64,000 nt of DNA from a bacterium (GCA_018824205.1 JAHJGX010000253.1:126-64125); one strand, 5' to 3'. Counted from the first letter of the stretch, positions 27,994-38,659 are shown. Numbers and translations are program-made. Notes: generated by a model not told the origin, from the sequence alone.

Positions 27994-30139
27994 ATCCCAG
28001 CAAACTGCCTATTTGGTAGATTCCAACAGCCAAAACAAATGCTACCAGCAACGTGTAACCCGCCTGAAACGCCGGCCACTTCCAGGAACCCAATTCCTTT
28101 TTGACCATAGCCAATGTTGCCAGACAGGGAATATAGACCATAATAAATATCATCAGAGCAAGCGCTATAAGCGGTGAATATGCGGGATCCTGACTTAATT
28201 TATCCTTTACAAAAAAATCGACATGCGCCTGACTATCGGACGCATCATAGTCCATGCCGTAGAGAATTCCCAGCGTTGAAATAATCACCTCTTTGGCGGC
28301 GACCCCGGCCACCAGACTAACACCGATTTTCCAATCAAAACCGGCCCATTTCAGAATCGGTTCAAGTCCTTTACCGAGCCGGCCACCAAAACTATATTCT
28401 ACAGATGGAGTATTATTTCTATAAACATCCACCCCTTCCGTCGGCGGTTTTGGGTAGGAAAGTAAAAACCAGACTACGATCGAAGCCGCCAGAATAACAG
28501 TGCCGGCTTTTTTAATATATTCTGACGATTTCTCCCACATGTGAATTATCACATTCTTGAACAATGGGCGGCGGTAAGGCGGTAGTTCCATCACAAAGGG
28601 AGTCTGTTCACCGCGAAACAGCGATCTCTTGAATATCAGCGCCAGTACAAAGGCCATTAGCCATCCAAAGAGCCAGACATTCCAGAAAATCAGCGTCGAA
28701 TTTTCCGGGAAAAATGCCGCCACCAGCATCGCTACGACCGGCGCTTTAGCCCCGCACATCATCAGCGGCGACACCAGAATCGTCACGATCCGGTCTTTCC
28801 GATTGGCCAGCACGCGAGCGCTCATAATTCCCGGTACAGCGCAGCCGGTGGATATCATAAATGGAATAAAACTGCGGCCGTGCAGACCAAAAATATGCAA
28901 AAACTTATCCATGACAAAGGCAGCCCGGGACATGTAGCCGGTATCTTCCAAAAATGAAAGTCCCATAAACAGTAATATTACCAGCGGCAAAAAGGTCAGA
29001 ACGCCGCCAACCCCGTTAATTATCCCATTGGTCAACAGATCCTGAAGCACACCGACTGGCATTATGTCCGTTAATAATTTCGAAAGCTGTCCGCATCCCG
29101 CAGAGATTCCGTCGGAAAGCGGGTTTCCCAGTGCGAATGTAATTTGATAAATAACAAACATGACTGCAAAAAAGATCGGTATTCCCAGGTAGCGGTTGAG
29201 CACAATCCGATCAATCTGTTCAGTAATATCAATAACTTTTCTCTTTCGGAATTGTATTACCGTCTCTTTTATTGCTCCGTGAATATAGGCATAGCGCTGT
29301 TCGCCGATTACCACTTCGGAATCTTCACTGTAATGTTTCTCCAGCCACTGTCGCCATTCGGTTGTAACGCTGAAAACCATATCCGCAAACTGATGCTCGT
29401 TCTTAATTTTTCGCTCGGCGTCCCGGTCTTTTTCCAGTAATTTAATCGCAATCCAGTGCATGGAGTAACGCTGTTTAAATTTGTCATCCAACTCCAGTGT
29501 ATCAATGACCGCATTATGAGCTAGTTCCACGATCTTCCCATAATTCAAATGCCGCTTGTTGGATTCCAGTTCGCCACCGGCAACCTTTATTGCCACATCC
29601 AGCAATAAATCAATCCCGGCGCCTGTATTTCCAACCGTTTTAACAAAAGGAATCCCTAAAATTGTGGACAGCTGTTCGCCGTTAATATGAATTCCCTTTT
29701 CTTCAGCCTCGTCAGTCATATTTAAAGCACCGACAATCGGTACTCCCAACTCCTGAAACTGCAGCAGAAGATACAGGTGCCGATCCAGATTGGAGGAATC
29801 CAGAACATCAACGATAACATCGGGCTTTTCGTTCAATACAAAATCCCTGGAGACAATCTCTTCGATTGAGTAGGCGCTCAGGCTGTAGGTTCCCGGCAAA
29901 TCTATAAATTCAATATTCTTTCCGTCAATACTAATCATCCCGGACTTTTTTTCCACCGTTACACCGGGATAATTCCCGATATGCTGGCGCTGCCCGGTCA
30001 GAGCATTAAATATACTGGTCTTCCCGGAATTTGGATTACCTGCCAGGGCAATTCTGATAATGTTCTTATTTTCAGGATGATTACCGCGTCCAAAGCGCCG
30101 ACGCATCCGGCGCGGAGCCTGGGGGCCGGGTGCATTCAT
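27983..30139 (-). CDS. feoB: Ferrous iron transporter FeoB
   Basis: G-protein motif GNPNSGKTSIFNALTG and a polytopic membrane domain. The start codon overlaps the feoA stop. The true start is possibly the internal M12. Confidence 0.9.
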   Translation of the reverse strand: MNAPGPQAPRRMRRRFGRGNHPENKNIIRIALAGNPNSGKTSIFNALTGQRQHIGNYPGVTVEKKSGMISIDGKNIEFIDLPGTYSLSAYSIEEIVSRDFVLNEKPDVIVDVLDSSNLDRHLYLLLQFQELGVPIVGALNMTDEAEEKGIHINGEQLSTILGIPFVKTVGNTGAGIDLLLDVAIKVAGGELESNKRHLNYGKIVELAHNAVIDTLELDDKFKQRYSMHWIAIKLLEKDRDAERKIKNEHQFADMVFSVTTEWRQWLEKHYSEDSEVVIGEQRYAYIHGAIKETVIQFRKRKVIDITEQIDRIVLNRYLGIPIFFAVMFVIYQITFALGNPLSDGISAGCGQLSKLLTDIMPVGVLQDLLTNGIINGVGGVLTFLPLVILLFMGLSFLEDTGYMSRAAFVMDKFLHIFGLHGRSFIPFMISTGCAVPGIMSARVLANRKDRIVTILVSPLMMCGAKAPVVAMLVAAFFPENSTLIFWNVWLFGWLMAFVLALIFKRSLFRGEQTPFVMELPPYRRPLFKNVIIHMWEKSSEYIKKAGTVILAASIVVWFLLSYPKPPTEGVDVYRNNTPSVEYSFGGRLGKGLEPILKWAGFDWKIGVSLVAGVAAKEVIISTLGILYGMDYDASDSQAHVDFFVKDKLSQDPAYSPLIALALMIFIMVYIPCLATLAMVKKELGSWKWPAFQAGYTLLVAFVLAVGIYQIGSLLGFGG

Positions 30140-30393
30140 TATATCTCTTCAACGTTAATCAGTTTTGCTTCAGAGCGTCGTAACGACACCATAGCTCCTT
30201 TGATTTCAATTTCGATTGGGTCCTTTAAGAGCGCCTTCCGAATGACGCAGCCGGTTTGATTTTTAATAAAACCAATGTCCAGCAACCGTCGGCGAATCTC
30301 TCCGGCAGCGGTTATTTTGGCCACTTTGAATTTTTTCCCCGAGACAATTTGGGAGAGATTAGTAACCGTTCTTTCTGTAATATCTGTGTTCAT
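30139..30393 (-). CDS. feoA: FeoA family protein
   Basis: 84 aa SH3-like FeoA domain (IEIKGAMVSLRRSEAKLI). Confidence 0.8.
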   Translation of the reverse strand: MNTDITERTVTNLSQIVSGKKFKVAKITAAGEIRRRLLDIGFIKNQTGCVIRKALLKDPIEIEIKGAMVSLRRSEAKLINVEEI

Positions 30394-30404
30394 GTTTCCT
30401 GGAT

Positions 30405-31163
30405 TTAATTGGATTGTTCAATAGCAACTTCTATCATATTGGCTGCTTTTATATCTAATTCCACGGAACATCCGTCGCTTAGAATACGATACGGACTCTC
30501 GGCATCACCCTTTTCTTCAAGTACAAATGCACTTCCCGGCAATAATCCTTTTTCAATGATCCGACGCCGAAGTTCCGTATCCGGGCCAAGCATTACAACC
30601 TGGCCCTTTTGCCCGCGATTCAGTTTTGCAAGGAGAGTGTGAACTGTACTTTTTCCCATCTGATGCGGAAAATTACTGGTTACAAAGCAGGATTTGCATT
30701 CAGGATCGATTTCAGACATTCCCTCGGCCGACCGAACACAATTTTTTAACAGATGAAGAGTCAATTGATCGTTTTTCTTACATTCACTTAAAAACTGGTA
30801 AAGCAAAATCAATCGATCAAGCGTTGCAACGCTGAGATGGTGTTCCAGTTCACAGGCTTCCTTCTCCGCAATACTATTTTCAATACCAAGCACATCGATA
30901 AAAAAGTTTTTTAGGAACATATTCTTGCTGCTCAAGCGGTGAGCTGCAGTTTCACCAGCAGGAGTTAATTCCACAAATTCCCGGACCGAATACTGGACGA
31001 AGTCCTCTTTCGACAGTTTGCGCATCGCTTCGGTGACCGACGGCATACTGACCCCTTTCCGGCGGGCGATTTCCTTGATCCGCGCAACTTTTTTTTCATT
31101 GATCAAATCCAGAACGATTTTCAGGTAATCCTGCTGGCTTTCCGATAATATTGTCTGGGTCAT
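30405..31163 (-). CDS. DtxR/MntR-family metal-dependent repressor with a C-terminal FeoA-like domain
   Basis: N-terminal wHTH (SQQDYLKIVLDL...RIKEIARRKGVSMPSVTEAMRKL) and a C-terminal FeoA-like block (LLPGSAFVLEEKG...ILSDGCSVELD). Confidence 0.75.
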   Translation of the reverse strand: MTQTILSESQQDYLKIVLDLINEKKVARIKEIARRKGVSMPSVTEAMRKLSKEDFVQYSVREFVELTPAGETAAHRLSSKNMFLKNFFIDVLGIENSIAEKEACELEHHLSVATLDRLILLYQFLSECKKNDQLTLHLLKNCVRSAEGMSEIDPECKSCFVTSNFPHQMGKSTVHTLLAKLNRGQKGQVVMLGPDTELRRRIIEKGLLPGSAFVLEEKGDAESPYRILSDGCSVELDIKAANMIEVAIEQSN

Positions 31164-31243
31164 ACGCCCTCCTTTTTATGCGCCCCTAAATTAGTTAGGC
31201 CTGCCTAATTTACCAAGACAAATCGTTTTATGATGATAAATTT

Positions 31244-34200
31244 ATGCTTTTACTCATTGCATTACTCAGGGACTTTCTATATTTTCAAATATTCAAAAAT
31301 ATTGGAGCTGTTTTGGATTTTTCAGATATAATAGAACGGGGATTAATACTTTTTGACGGGGCTATGGGCACCCAGATACATGACCTTAATCCGAGTGACG
31401 CCGATTGGGATGATCGTAATGGCTGTTCCGAAGTATTAAACCTCACAATCCCGGAAAAAATTCAACACATCCATGAAAACTACCTTGCCGCCGGCTCCGA
31501 CGTCATCGAAACCAATACTTTTGGCGGCAATAAAATTGTATTGTCGGAATTTGACCTCGGTGACCGGGTAGTGGAAATCAATCGCAAGGCCGCCGAAGTT
31601 GCCCGGCGGGCCGCGCAAAAATATTCCACCCCGGACAAACCCCGTTTTGTCGCCGGTGACATTGGTCCCGGAACCAAACTTGTCACTCTGGAACAAACCG
31701 ATTTCGATACAATGCATGAATCCTATGCCCTTCAGGTCCGGGGATTGATCCAGGGAGGCGTAGACCTGTTCATTATTGAAACCTGTCAGGACCCGCTACA
31801 GATTAAGGCGGCGCTCACTGCGGTAGACGACGAATTAAAATCCGCCGGACTGAAGCTGCCCCGAATTGTCTCCATTACTATTGAAACCAACGGCTCCATG
31901 CTGATTGGCACGGATATCGCCGCGGCATTAGCAATTCTCGAACCTTTTCAGATCGATGTCATTGGCATCAATTGTGCCACCGGGCCGGAGCAGATGCGAC
32001 CCTACGTCAAGCAAATTTGCCAGTCTTTTCACGGGCCGGTTCTTGTACAACCAAACGCCGGTCTGCCACAAATGGTCAACGGCGAAATGATTTATACCTT
32101 GTCGATTGAAGAATACGTAACTGTTTTATCCGGTTTTGTCGAAAAATATGGCGTTCAGATCGTTGGTGGTTGCTGTGGCACTACGCCGGAATTTATCCGT
32201 GCCCTGGCGGCTAAAATACCAACACTGACCGCCGCCAAACGAAACCCTGTTTTAATACCGGCTGTCGCCTCAGTTTTTTCCGCCCAGGAGCTGCACCAGG
32301 ACCCGGCCCCATTTTTTGTCGGTGAGCGATCTAACACAAATGGCAGCAAGCAGTTTCGCGAATGTCTGCTGGCCAATGACTGGGATTGCATTGTCAATAT
32401 CTCCAAGCAGCAGGAATTGACCGGGGCACACGGTCTTGACCTTTGCGTTGCGTATACCGGCCGGAATGAAACGGCAGATATGCGGGAAGCGGTCACACGG
32501 ATTGTCCGGCAGGTGGATTTGCCGATATTTATTGACTCCACTGATGTCACCGTCATCGAGAACGCATTGAAACTGATTGGCGGACGGGCAGTTATAAACT
32601 CCATCAACCTTGAGGATGGAGAAGACCGCTCCCGGCAAGTCTGCCGACTGGCAAAACGCTTCGGAGCGGCCGTCATTGCACTGACTATCGATGAAGTCGG
32701 CATGGCCCATGAGATCGATAAAAAGGTCGCCATCGCAAAACGGATCTATGACATTGCCGTCAATCAGAACGGACTGCGCTCCCAGGATTTAATATTCGAT
32801 ATGTTGACCTTCACACTGGGCAGCGGCGATGAGTCCCTCAAAGAGGCCGGTAAAAATACGATTGCGGCAATTAAGGCGGTAAAAGATGAACTGCCAGGTG
32901 TTTATACAATTCTCGGCGTATCCAATATCTCCTTCGGGCTACATCCCGGTTCCCGCGAGATTCTTAATTCCGTTTTTCTGAATGAAGCCATAATCGCCGG
33001 CCTGGATATGGCAATCGTCAATGTTCAAAAAATCATGCCGCTCTATAAAATCGATCAGGCGGATGTGGATATTTGTCTTGACCTGATCTATAACCGCGGC
33101 AACAATGCCCTCTATACATTTATCGACCATTTTGACAAGAAGGCCGGCGTTAAGAAAATGAAGTCCGTTGAGGACGATACGACTCCCGTCGACGAAAAAA
33201 TCAGACAGCGTATCATTCAGGGAAATCGCGTCGGTCTGGACAAACTGCTTACCGAAGCTCTTGAAAACACCAGGGCTATTGACATTATTAATAACTGGCT
33301 GATCCCGGCGATGAAAGTTGTCGGCGATCTGTTCGGCTCCGGGAAAATGCAGCTGCCCTTTGTCCTGCAATCCGCGGAAGTAATGAAATTTGCAGTCGGG
33401 AAAATTGAATCTTTCCTTGATAAAACAGACACTGAAGTACAAACCAGTATTGTTCTGGCTACGGTTCGCGGCGACGTCCATGATATCGGCAAAAACCTGG
33501 TGGACATTATTCTGAGTAATAATGGCTATAAAGTGTACAATCTCGGCATTAAATGTGAAATCGAAACGATGCTCCAGAAGGCCAGCGAGGTTCACGCAGA
33601 TGCGATTGGAATGAGCGGATTACTGGTCAAATCAACGACCGTGATGAAGGAAAATCTGGAATTGATGAAGCAACGCAATATCAGTATTCCGGTTTTGTTG
33701 GGAGGCGCCGCTCTGACCCGCGGTTTTGTGGATGACATTTGTGCGCCAATTTCCGATGGACCGGTTGTATATTGCCCCGACGCCTTTGCCGGGCTGGACA
33801 CAATGAGCCTGATAAAAGAAAAAAACTGGTCGGCACTGAAACCGGATAAAGACAAAAGACAAAGGAAAGAGGAAAGAGTAATACCGAAGACGCCAATCGT
33901 TCAGCATGCAGAATTCCGACGCGATATTGACATTCCGGCGCCACCTTTCTGGGGTGTAAAATATGTCACAGATGTCGACCTGGATGCTGTTTTCGCATTT
34001 TTAACGGAATCCGTACTCTTTCGGGGACGCTGGGGGTATCGACGGGGCAAATTATCCCGTGAGGAATATGACGAATTAATTGAAACCCGTGTACGTCCCG
34101 AATTTGATACTCTGAAACAGCGCTGCAAAGACGAAAAGCTGCTGATCCCTCAGGTTGCTTACGGCTATTTCCCCTGTAACAGCGTTGGGGAAGCGGTAAT

Positions 34201-34726
34201 TATTTTTGATCCAAATTCTAATCTTGAAATTGAGCGGCTACATTTTCCGCGACAAAAAAAGAAACCCAATCGCTCGATCGCTGATTTTTTCCTGCCTCTG
34301 GATTCCGGAAAAAAAGATATCATAGCCCTGCAGGTCGCGACCGTCGGAAATGAGGCACACAAGGAGGCCCGGCGTTTATATAATGAGAATCACTATAAGG
34401 ACTATCTGCTTTTTCATGGGCTGAGCGTAGAGACCGCCGAAGCACTGGCGGAATACTGGCATCAACAGATTCGGATTGAATTAAAAATCACGGAAGAGGA
34501 CGGCGCCGGTATCGATGATTTCGTTGTTCAGAAATATCGCGGTTCCCGTTATTCCTTTGGATACCCGGCCTGTCCGGATTTATCGGAAAACAATAAAATC
34601 CTGTCCTTGCTGGATTCCCTGCAAATCGGTGTTTCTGCAACAGACAGTTATCAGATGGTTCCCGAACAAACCACCTCGGCCTTTGTGGTGCATCATCCGC
34701 AAGCCAAATATTTCACTTTAGAATAA
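31244..34726 (+). CDS. metH: Cobalamin-dependent methionine synthase MetH
   Basis: Hcy-binding GAMGT, a pterin-binding module, the B12-binding DVHDIGKN motif, and the AdoMet activation domain, for 1160 aa in total. An alternative TTG start at 31313 has a GGAG SD. Confidence 0.9.
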   Translation: MLLLIALLRDFLYFQIFKNIGAVLDFSDIIERGLILFDGAMGTQIHDLNPSDADWDDRNGCSEVLNLTIPEKIQHIHENYLAAGSDVIETNTFGGNKIVLSEFDLGDRVVEINRKAAEVARRAAQKYSTPDKPRFVAGDIGPGTKLVTLEQTDFDTMHESYALQVRGLIQGGVDLFIIETCQDPLQIKAALTAVDDELKSAGLKLPRIVSITIETNGSMLIGTDIAAALAILEPFQIDVIGINCATGPEQMRPYVKQICQSFHGPVLVQPNAGLPQMVNGEMIYTLSIEEYVTVLSGFVEKYGVQIVGGCCGTTPEFIRALAAKIPTLTAAKRNPVLIPAVASVFSAQELHQDPAPFFVGERSNTNGSKQFRECLLANDWDCIVNISKQQELTGAHGLDLCVAYTGRNETADMREAVTRIVRQVDLPIFIDSTDVTVIENALKLIGGRAVINSINLEDGEDRSRQVCRLAKRFGAAVIALTIDEVGMAHEIDKKVAIAKRIYDIAVNQNGLRSQDLIFDMLTFTLGSGDESLKEAGKNTIAAIKAVKDELPGVYTILGVSNISFGLHPGSREILNSVFLNEAIIAGLDMAIVNVQKIMPLYKIDQADVDICLDLIYNRGNNALYTFIDHFDKKAGVKKMKSVEDDTTPVDEKIRQRIIQGNRVGLDKLLTEALENTRAIDIINNWLIPAMKVVGDLFGSGKMQLPFVLQSAEVMKFAVGKIESFLDKTDTEVQTSIVLATVRGDVHDIGKNLVDIILSNNGYKVYNLGIKCEIETMLQKASEVHADAIGMSGLLVKSTTVMKENLELMKQRNISIPVLLGGAALTRGFVDDICAPISDGPVVYCPDAFAGLDTMSLIKEKNWSALKPDKDKRQRKEERVIPKTPIVQHAEFRRDIDIPAPPFWGVKYVTDVDLDAVFAFLTESVLFRGRWGYRRGKLSREEYDELIETRVRPEFDTLKQRCKDEKLLIPQVAYGYFPCNSVGEAVIIFDPNSNLEIERLHFPRQKKKPNRSIADFFLPLDSGKKDIIALQVATVGNEAHKEARRLYNENHYKDYLLFHGLSVETAEALAEYWHQQIRIELKITEEDGAGIDDFVVQKYRGSRYSFGYPACPDLSENNKILSLLDSLQIGVSATDSYQMVPEQTTSAFVVHHPQAKYFTLE

Positions 34727-34737
34727 GGAAGTATTCC

Positions 34738-34896
34738 GTGGATAAATGCATATGTACCAATTGCGGCTATATTTATGACCCCGAGATTGGCGATGACGAA
34801 AGCGGAATATTGCCGGGAACTGCTTTTGACAATTTGCCGGATGATTGGATTTGCCCGGTCTGCTATGTAAACAAAAGCAATTTCGATGAACTTTAA
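34738..34896 (+). CDS. rub: Rubredoxin
   Basis: Translates to VDKCICTNCGYIYDPEIGDDESGILPGTAFDNLPDDWICPVCYVNKSNFDEL, with CxxCG...CPxC motifs. GTG start with an AAGGAAG SD. It is absent from the ORF track because it is shorter than 60 aa. Confidence 0.8.
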   Translation: MDKCICTNCGYIYDPEIGDDESGILPGTAFDNLPDDWICPVCYVNKSNFDEL

Positions 34897-34917
34897 AACA
34901 TTAAAAACACTATATCG

Positions 34918-35790
34918 GTGAGCATTCTTCAGTCGAAAAAACAAGTCCTGATAATATGTCTGTTTATTCTGTGCCCGTTGCCCAAGTCCAGTTCATTTAA
35001 TTATAATAATTATCAAACTACTTTCGGTTACTGGAACGATAATATTATCTACCAGAATTTTTTAAAAAACATTCTTAAAGTAGGTTCAGATGATTTTGTC
35101 ACCACCTGCCTGTGGTCGCAGGTAGCATATATGCATGCAAAAAGATGGTGGATATTTGATCTCTATTACAATGTTCTGACCAATAAATCGGCTAATTATC
35201 GCTTTGATCTGATTACAAGTCGGATATCAGTGGAGAAAGACATGCCCGGGGCCCTCTACCAGATTGGTACCGGTTTTGTGTTTCGTGGAAATTATGGCGG
35301 TGAATTAATTCAAAACGGCTATCATCAGCTTGGGGGTTACAGTATCATTGATTTGCCCTATCCTGAACATACCGCTATTGGCTGGCTGTTTTTGATAAAA
35401 GCAGAGCCTTACCTCATTAATAACAATCTGCAAATTTTAAAATTGTCTTTCTGTAATGCGTATCGCACTGCCGCAGGTCCGAGTAATTTTCAGGCCGGAA
35501 TTAATACCAGTTATCAATTTGATATAAACAATTCACCAATCTCTCTCCACGCTCAGGGTCGTCTGGGATATATTTGGTATTATTATCTGGACAATCTGGT
35601 CGATCCACTCTTTGACAAGGGGCTTGGTTATACTCTGATGATTACAGGTACATACCGAAATCGCTACGGGATTTCCATCTGGAGGACAGAAAACCAATAT
35701 GGTCAGCATAATCCCCATTATGGATTGTCCTTTTCGCTCAAACCAAAAGGGCGGCGACTGTTGAGAATCAGTGACATCATGGTTCCCTGA
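34918..35790 (+). CDS. Hypothetical Tyr/Gly-rich, putatively outer-membrane protein
   Basis: ORF with an N-terminal hydrophobic segment and composition consistent with a beta-barrel. Confidence 0.35.
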   Translation: MSILQSKKQVLIICLFILCPLPKSSSFNYNNYQTTFGYWNDNIIYQNFLKNILKVGSDDFVTTCLWSQVAYMHAKRWWIFDLYYNVLTNKSANYRFDLITSRISVEKDMPGALYQIGTGFVFRGNYGGELIQNGYHQLGGYSIIDLPYPEHTAIGWLFLIKAEPYLINNNLQILKLSFCNAYRTAAGPSNFQAGINTSYQFDINNSPISLHAQGRLGYIWYYYLDNLVDPLFDKGLGYTLMITGTYRNRYGISIWRTENQYGQHNPHYGLSFSLKPKGRRLLRISDIMVP

Positions 35791-35883
35791 TCAGATAATC
35801 CCAAAAAAGTTCTTGACAACCAACCAAACAACACTTACATTATTAGTGTATTAGTTGCTTAATACACTAAACGGGAGCCAATT

Positions 35884-36726
35884 ATGATTGAATTAACAAA
35901 TCTGAGTTTCGCCTACAAAAACAAAGCCCCGCTGTTTGACCGGCTGAGCCTGAAAATTACCGAAGGCAACATTTATGGCCTGCTGGGAAAAAACGGCGCC
36001 GGCAAGACAACGCTGCTGAAAATCATCTGCGGACTATTGTTTCCCCAGCAAGGAACTTGCAATGTTCTCGGTTTTGCGCCCCAGAAACGATCCGCCGATA
36101 TGCTCAAGGAAATCTATTTCATTCCCGAGGAATTTTACACGCCGGCGCTCAAGATTAACGAGTATGTTCTTCTCTATGCCCCGTTTTATCCGAATTTTGA
36201 CCCTCAGGCCCTTGAGAATTATATCGCCACCTTTGACCTGCCGACCAACGAGCAGTTAACCTCGCTGTCGTACGGACAAAAGAAAAAATTCCTCATTGCT
36301 TTTGGTCTGGCCACAAACATCCGGCTGCTGATCCTCGATGAACCCACCAATGGCCTCGATATTCCCAGCAAAAGCCAGTTCCGAAAACTGCTGGCGGCCG
36401 CCATGGATGAAAACAGGACCATTATCATTTCAACCCATCAGGTCCGGGACATCGGGAATCTGATCGATCCTATTATTATTCTGGATAATGGTAAAATCAT
36501 TTTTAATCAAACCACCGAATCGATTTCCCGAAAATTGTCCGTTAAACTCCAAAAAACCGAGCCTGATGAAACAGATGCTCTCTACTCCGAAAAAACACTC
36601 GGTGGCTATGTGGTCATCAACGAAAATCGCGGTGAAACCGACAGCAATCTGGACATCGAATTACTGTTCAACGCCGTAATCAACAATCAGCAACACATGA
36701 GCGAACTCTTCGCCCGGGAGGCATAA
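35884..36726 (+). CDS. ABC transporter ATP-binding protein
   Basis: Walker A GKNGAGKTT, signature LSYGQKKK, and Walker B LILDEPT. Confidence 0.85.
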   Translation: MIELTNLSFAYKNKAPLFDRLSLKITEGNIYGLLGKNGAGKTTLLKIICGLLFPQQGTCNVLGFAPQKRSADMLKEIYFIPEEFYTPALKINEYVLLYAPFYPNFDPQALENYIATFDLPTNEQLTSLSYGQKKKFLIAFGLATNIRLLILDEPTNGLDIPSKSQFRKLLAAAMDENRTIIISTHQVRDIGNLIDPIIILDNGKIIFNQTTESISRKLSVKLQKTEPDETDALYSEKTLGGYVVINENRGETDSNLDIELLFNAVINNQQHMSELFAREA

Positions 36727-37503
36727 ATGAAACCAAACAGAATTTTTAATTTTAACCGTTTTCTGCTGCTGCTTCGCAACGATCTGTTCCGCAACTATCG
36801 GACCCTGCTGATCGGGGCCGGGACCGTTGCCGCAATCTATTTTGTCGCCACCCTGACCCCTATGATTTTTTCCCGTGAAAACATCGGCTATGATTTTAAT
36901 ACCGGGTTCTTTCCAACGGTTCTATACATTTGCGGCTTTCTGCTCAGTGCGGCAGCCTTTGGTGAAATTCATCATACACAAAAAAATACCGCCTTTTTCA
37001 TGTTGCCGGCCACCACTTTCGAAAAATTTACCAGCCGTCTATTATTAACAACAATCGGGTACCTTGTTATCAGCGTTGTTTTTTATTTCATTCTGAACAT
37101 GCTATCCCTGCTCCTCTCGGCGCTGTTCATTAACTCGGGATTCCCGGTATTTAATCCCTTTTCCGAAGATATGCTGATGGCAATAGCTATTTATTTAATC
37201 ACCCAGTCCATCTTTCTGTTTGGGAGTATTTTCTTTAAAAATCACGCCTTCATGAAAACCGGTCTTTCTTTATTTGGGCTTTCCGTGGTAATTGGTATTT
37301 TCGCCTCCATTGTATTCCGGATTGTTTACCACGACTTCTTCGATCACATGCGTTTTATGGACAATTATATGGCCAGTGATTTTATTTACCTTGAAAACTT
37401 TGGGGAAACATTACTATCGATCGTCAAACACATTTTCTGGTTTGTTCTGGCCCCCTATTTTTGGATAGTTGCCTATTTCCGGCTGAGTGAAAAGGAGGTG
37501 TAA
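36727..37503 (+). CDS. Polytopic membrane protein, probably the permease partner of the ABC ATPase
   Basis: About 6 predicted TM segments. The start abuts the ATPase stop. Confidence 0.5.
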   Translation: MKPNRIFNFNRFLLLLRNDLFRNYRTLLIGAGTVAAIYFVATLTPMIFSRENIGYDFNTGFFPTVLYICGFLLSAAAFGEIHHTQKNTAFFMLPATTFEKFTSRLLLTTIGYLVISVVFYFILNMLSLLLSALFINSGFPVFNPFSEDMLMAIAIYLITQSIFLFGSIFFKNHAFMKTGLSLFGLSVVIGIFASIVFRIVYHDFFDHMRFMDNYMASDFIYLENFGETLLSIVKHIFWFVLAPYFWIVAYFRLSEKEV

Positions 37504-37505
37504 CA

Positions 37506-37858
37506 TGGAGTTTGAAAAGGAACAAGCCATCTATCTCCAGATCGCTGACCTGATTTGTGAAAACATCCTGTCCGGAGAATGGACCGAAGAGGAGCGAATT
37601 CCATCTGTCCGCGAACTGGCCGTTGCGACAGAGGTCAACCCAAATACAGCGATGCGCAGCTACGCCTGGCTTCAGGAAAAAGGCATTATTCAGAACCGTC
37701 GTGGAATCGGGTATTTCGTCTCCGGCGGTGCCGTAGAAAAAACCAGAACGTTGAAGAAAGAAGAGTTTATCAATAACCAGCTTCCCCAACTTTTCAAGAC
37801 GATGGACCTGCTTAATATCCGTTTTGATGAACTGAAAACATTATACGACAATCACTAA
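37506..37858 (+). CDS. GntR-family (YtrA-subfamily-like) transcriptional regulator
   Basis: HTH IPSVRELAVATEVNPNTAMRSYAWLQEKG and a short effector domain, for 117 aa. Confidence 0.7.
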
Positions 37859-37873
37859 TGACCGGAGTTTGCA

Positions 37874-38575
37874 ATGAAAAACAGCAATATAATTTTACTA
37901 ACAACCATTCTCACGATACTCGTTATCGTCACCGGCCTGATCGTCAGCAGCCGGATAATGATCACCAGGATTCCCGATCGGACAACGAAATATTCAGACG
38001 AGGACTTCACTTCGACAACACTGGATCTGGTCAATTTTGACGCCATTGAAACCAGTGGCATCTGGCAGGTCGAATTACAGCAGGGCAATGATTACTCCGT
38101 CACATTGTATTATCCGGAACCAGAAGCCGACGAAATCAATGTCTACATCTGGGATAATCAACTCCATCTGGAGAATGACATGAAATGGCAGCGTCAGCAC
38201 ACACTGTTCCGGGCAACGATTACGATGCCGGAGCTGAGCAGCCTTAGAACTGAAGAGGGCGCATCCATTACATTTAATAATTTTAATTGCACTGATCTCG
38301 ACATCAAAATTACCGGTGCCGCAGAAATCAACGCCCGAAATTCGAGAATTGAGAACCTTAAATTACGCTGTGACGGTGCCGCAGACGCCAATTTCAAGGA
38401 TTCCGAGGTGGTAAACGCCAAAGTTAATATTAATGGCGCCAGCCGGATTACTCTGACAATGGGCGGTGGTAAATTGACCGGAAGCGCCCATGGCGCTTCC
38501 TCTATCGTGTACTACGGAGAGGTTTCCACACAAGATATTGCCACAGCCGGCGCTGTTTCCATTCGCCGTCGCTGA
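37874..38575 (+). CDS. DUF2807/DUF4097 (GIN-domain, putative adhesin-like beta-helix) membrane-anchored protein
   Basis: N-terminal TM segment, then repetitive ITGAAEINARNS / RCDGAADANFKDS / NINGASRITL strands. Confidence 0.5.
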   Translation: MKNSNIILLTTILTILVIVTGLIVSSRIMITRIPDRTTKYSDEDFTSTTLDLVNFDAIETSGIWQVELQQGNDYSVTLYYPEPEADEINVYIWDNQLHLENDMKWQRQHTLFRATITMPELSSLRTEEGASITFNNFNCTDLDIKITGAAEINARNSRIENLKLRCDGAADANFKDSEVVNAKVNINGASRITLTMGGGKLTGSAHGASSIVYYGEVSTQDIATAGAVSIRRR

Positions 38576-38659
38576 AAATATTGGCAAAAAATTATATTTT
38601 AAGCGCTCACAATTACCCTTAATAGTTGTGATTCCCGTCAGAAAGTTCAGTCAATTCGC

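Noticed and set aside
31244-31312. N-terminal 23-residue extension of MetH (MLLLIALLRDFLYFQIFKNIGAV)
   Set aside because: It is probably a mis-called start. A TTG at 31313 with a GGAG SD gives a conventional MetH N-terminus, and it is not treated as a signal peptide.
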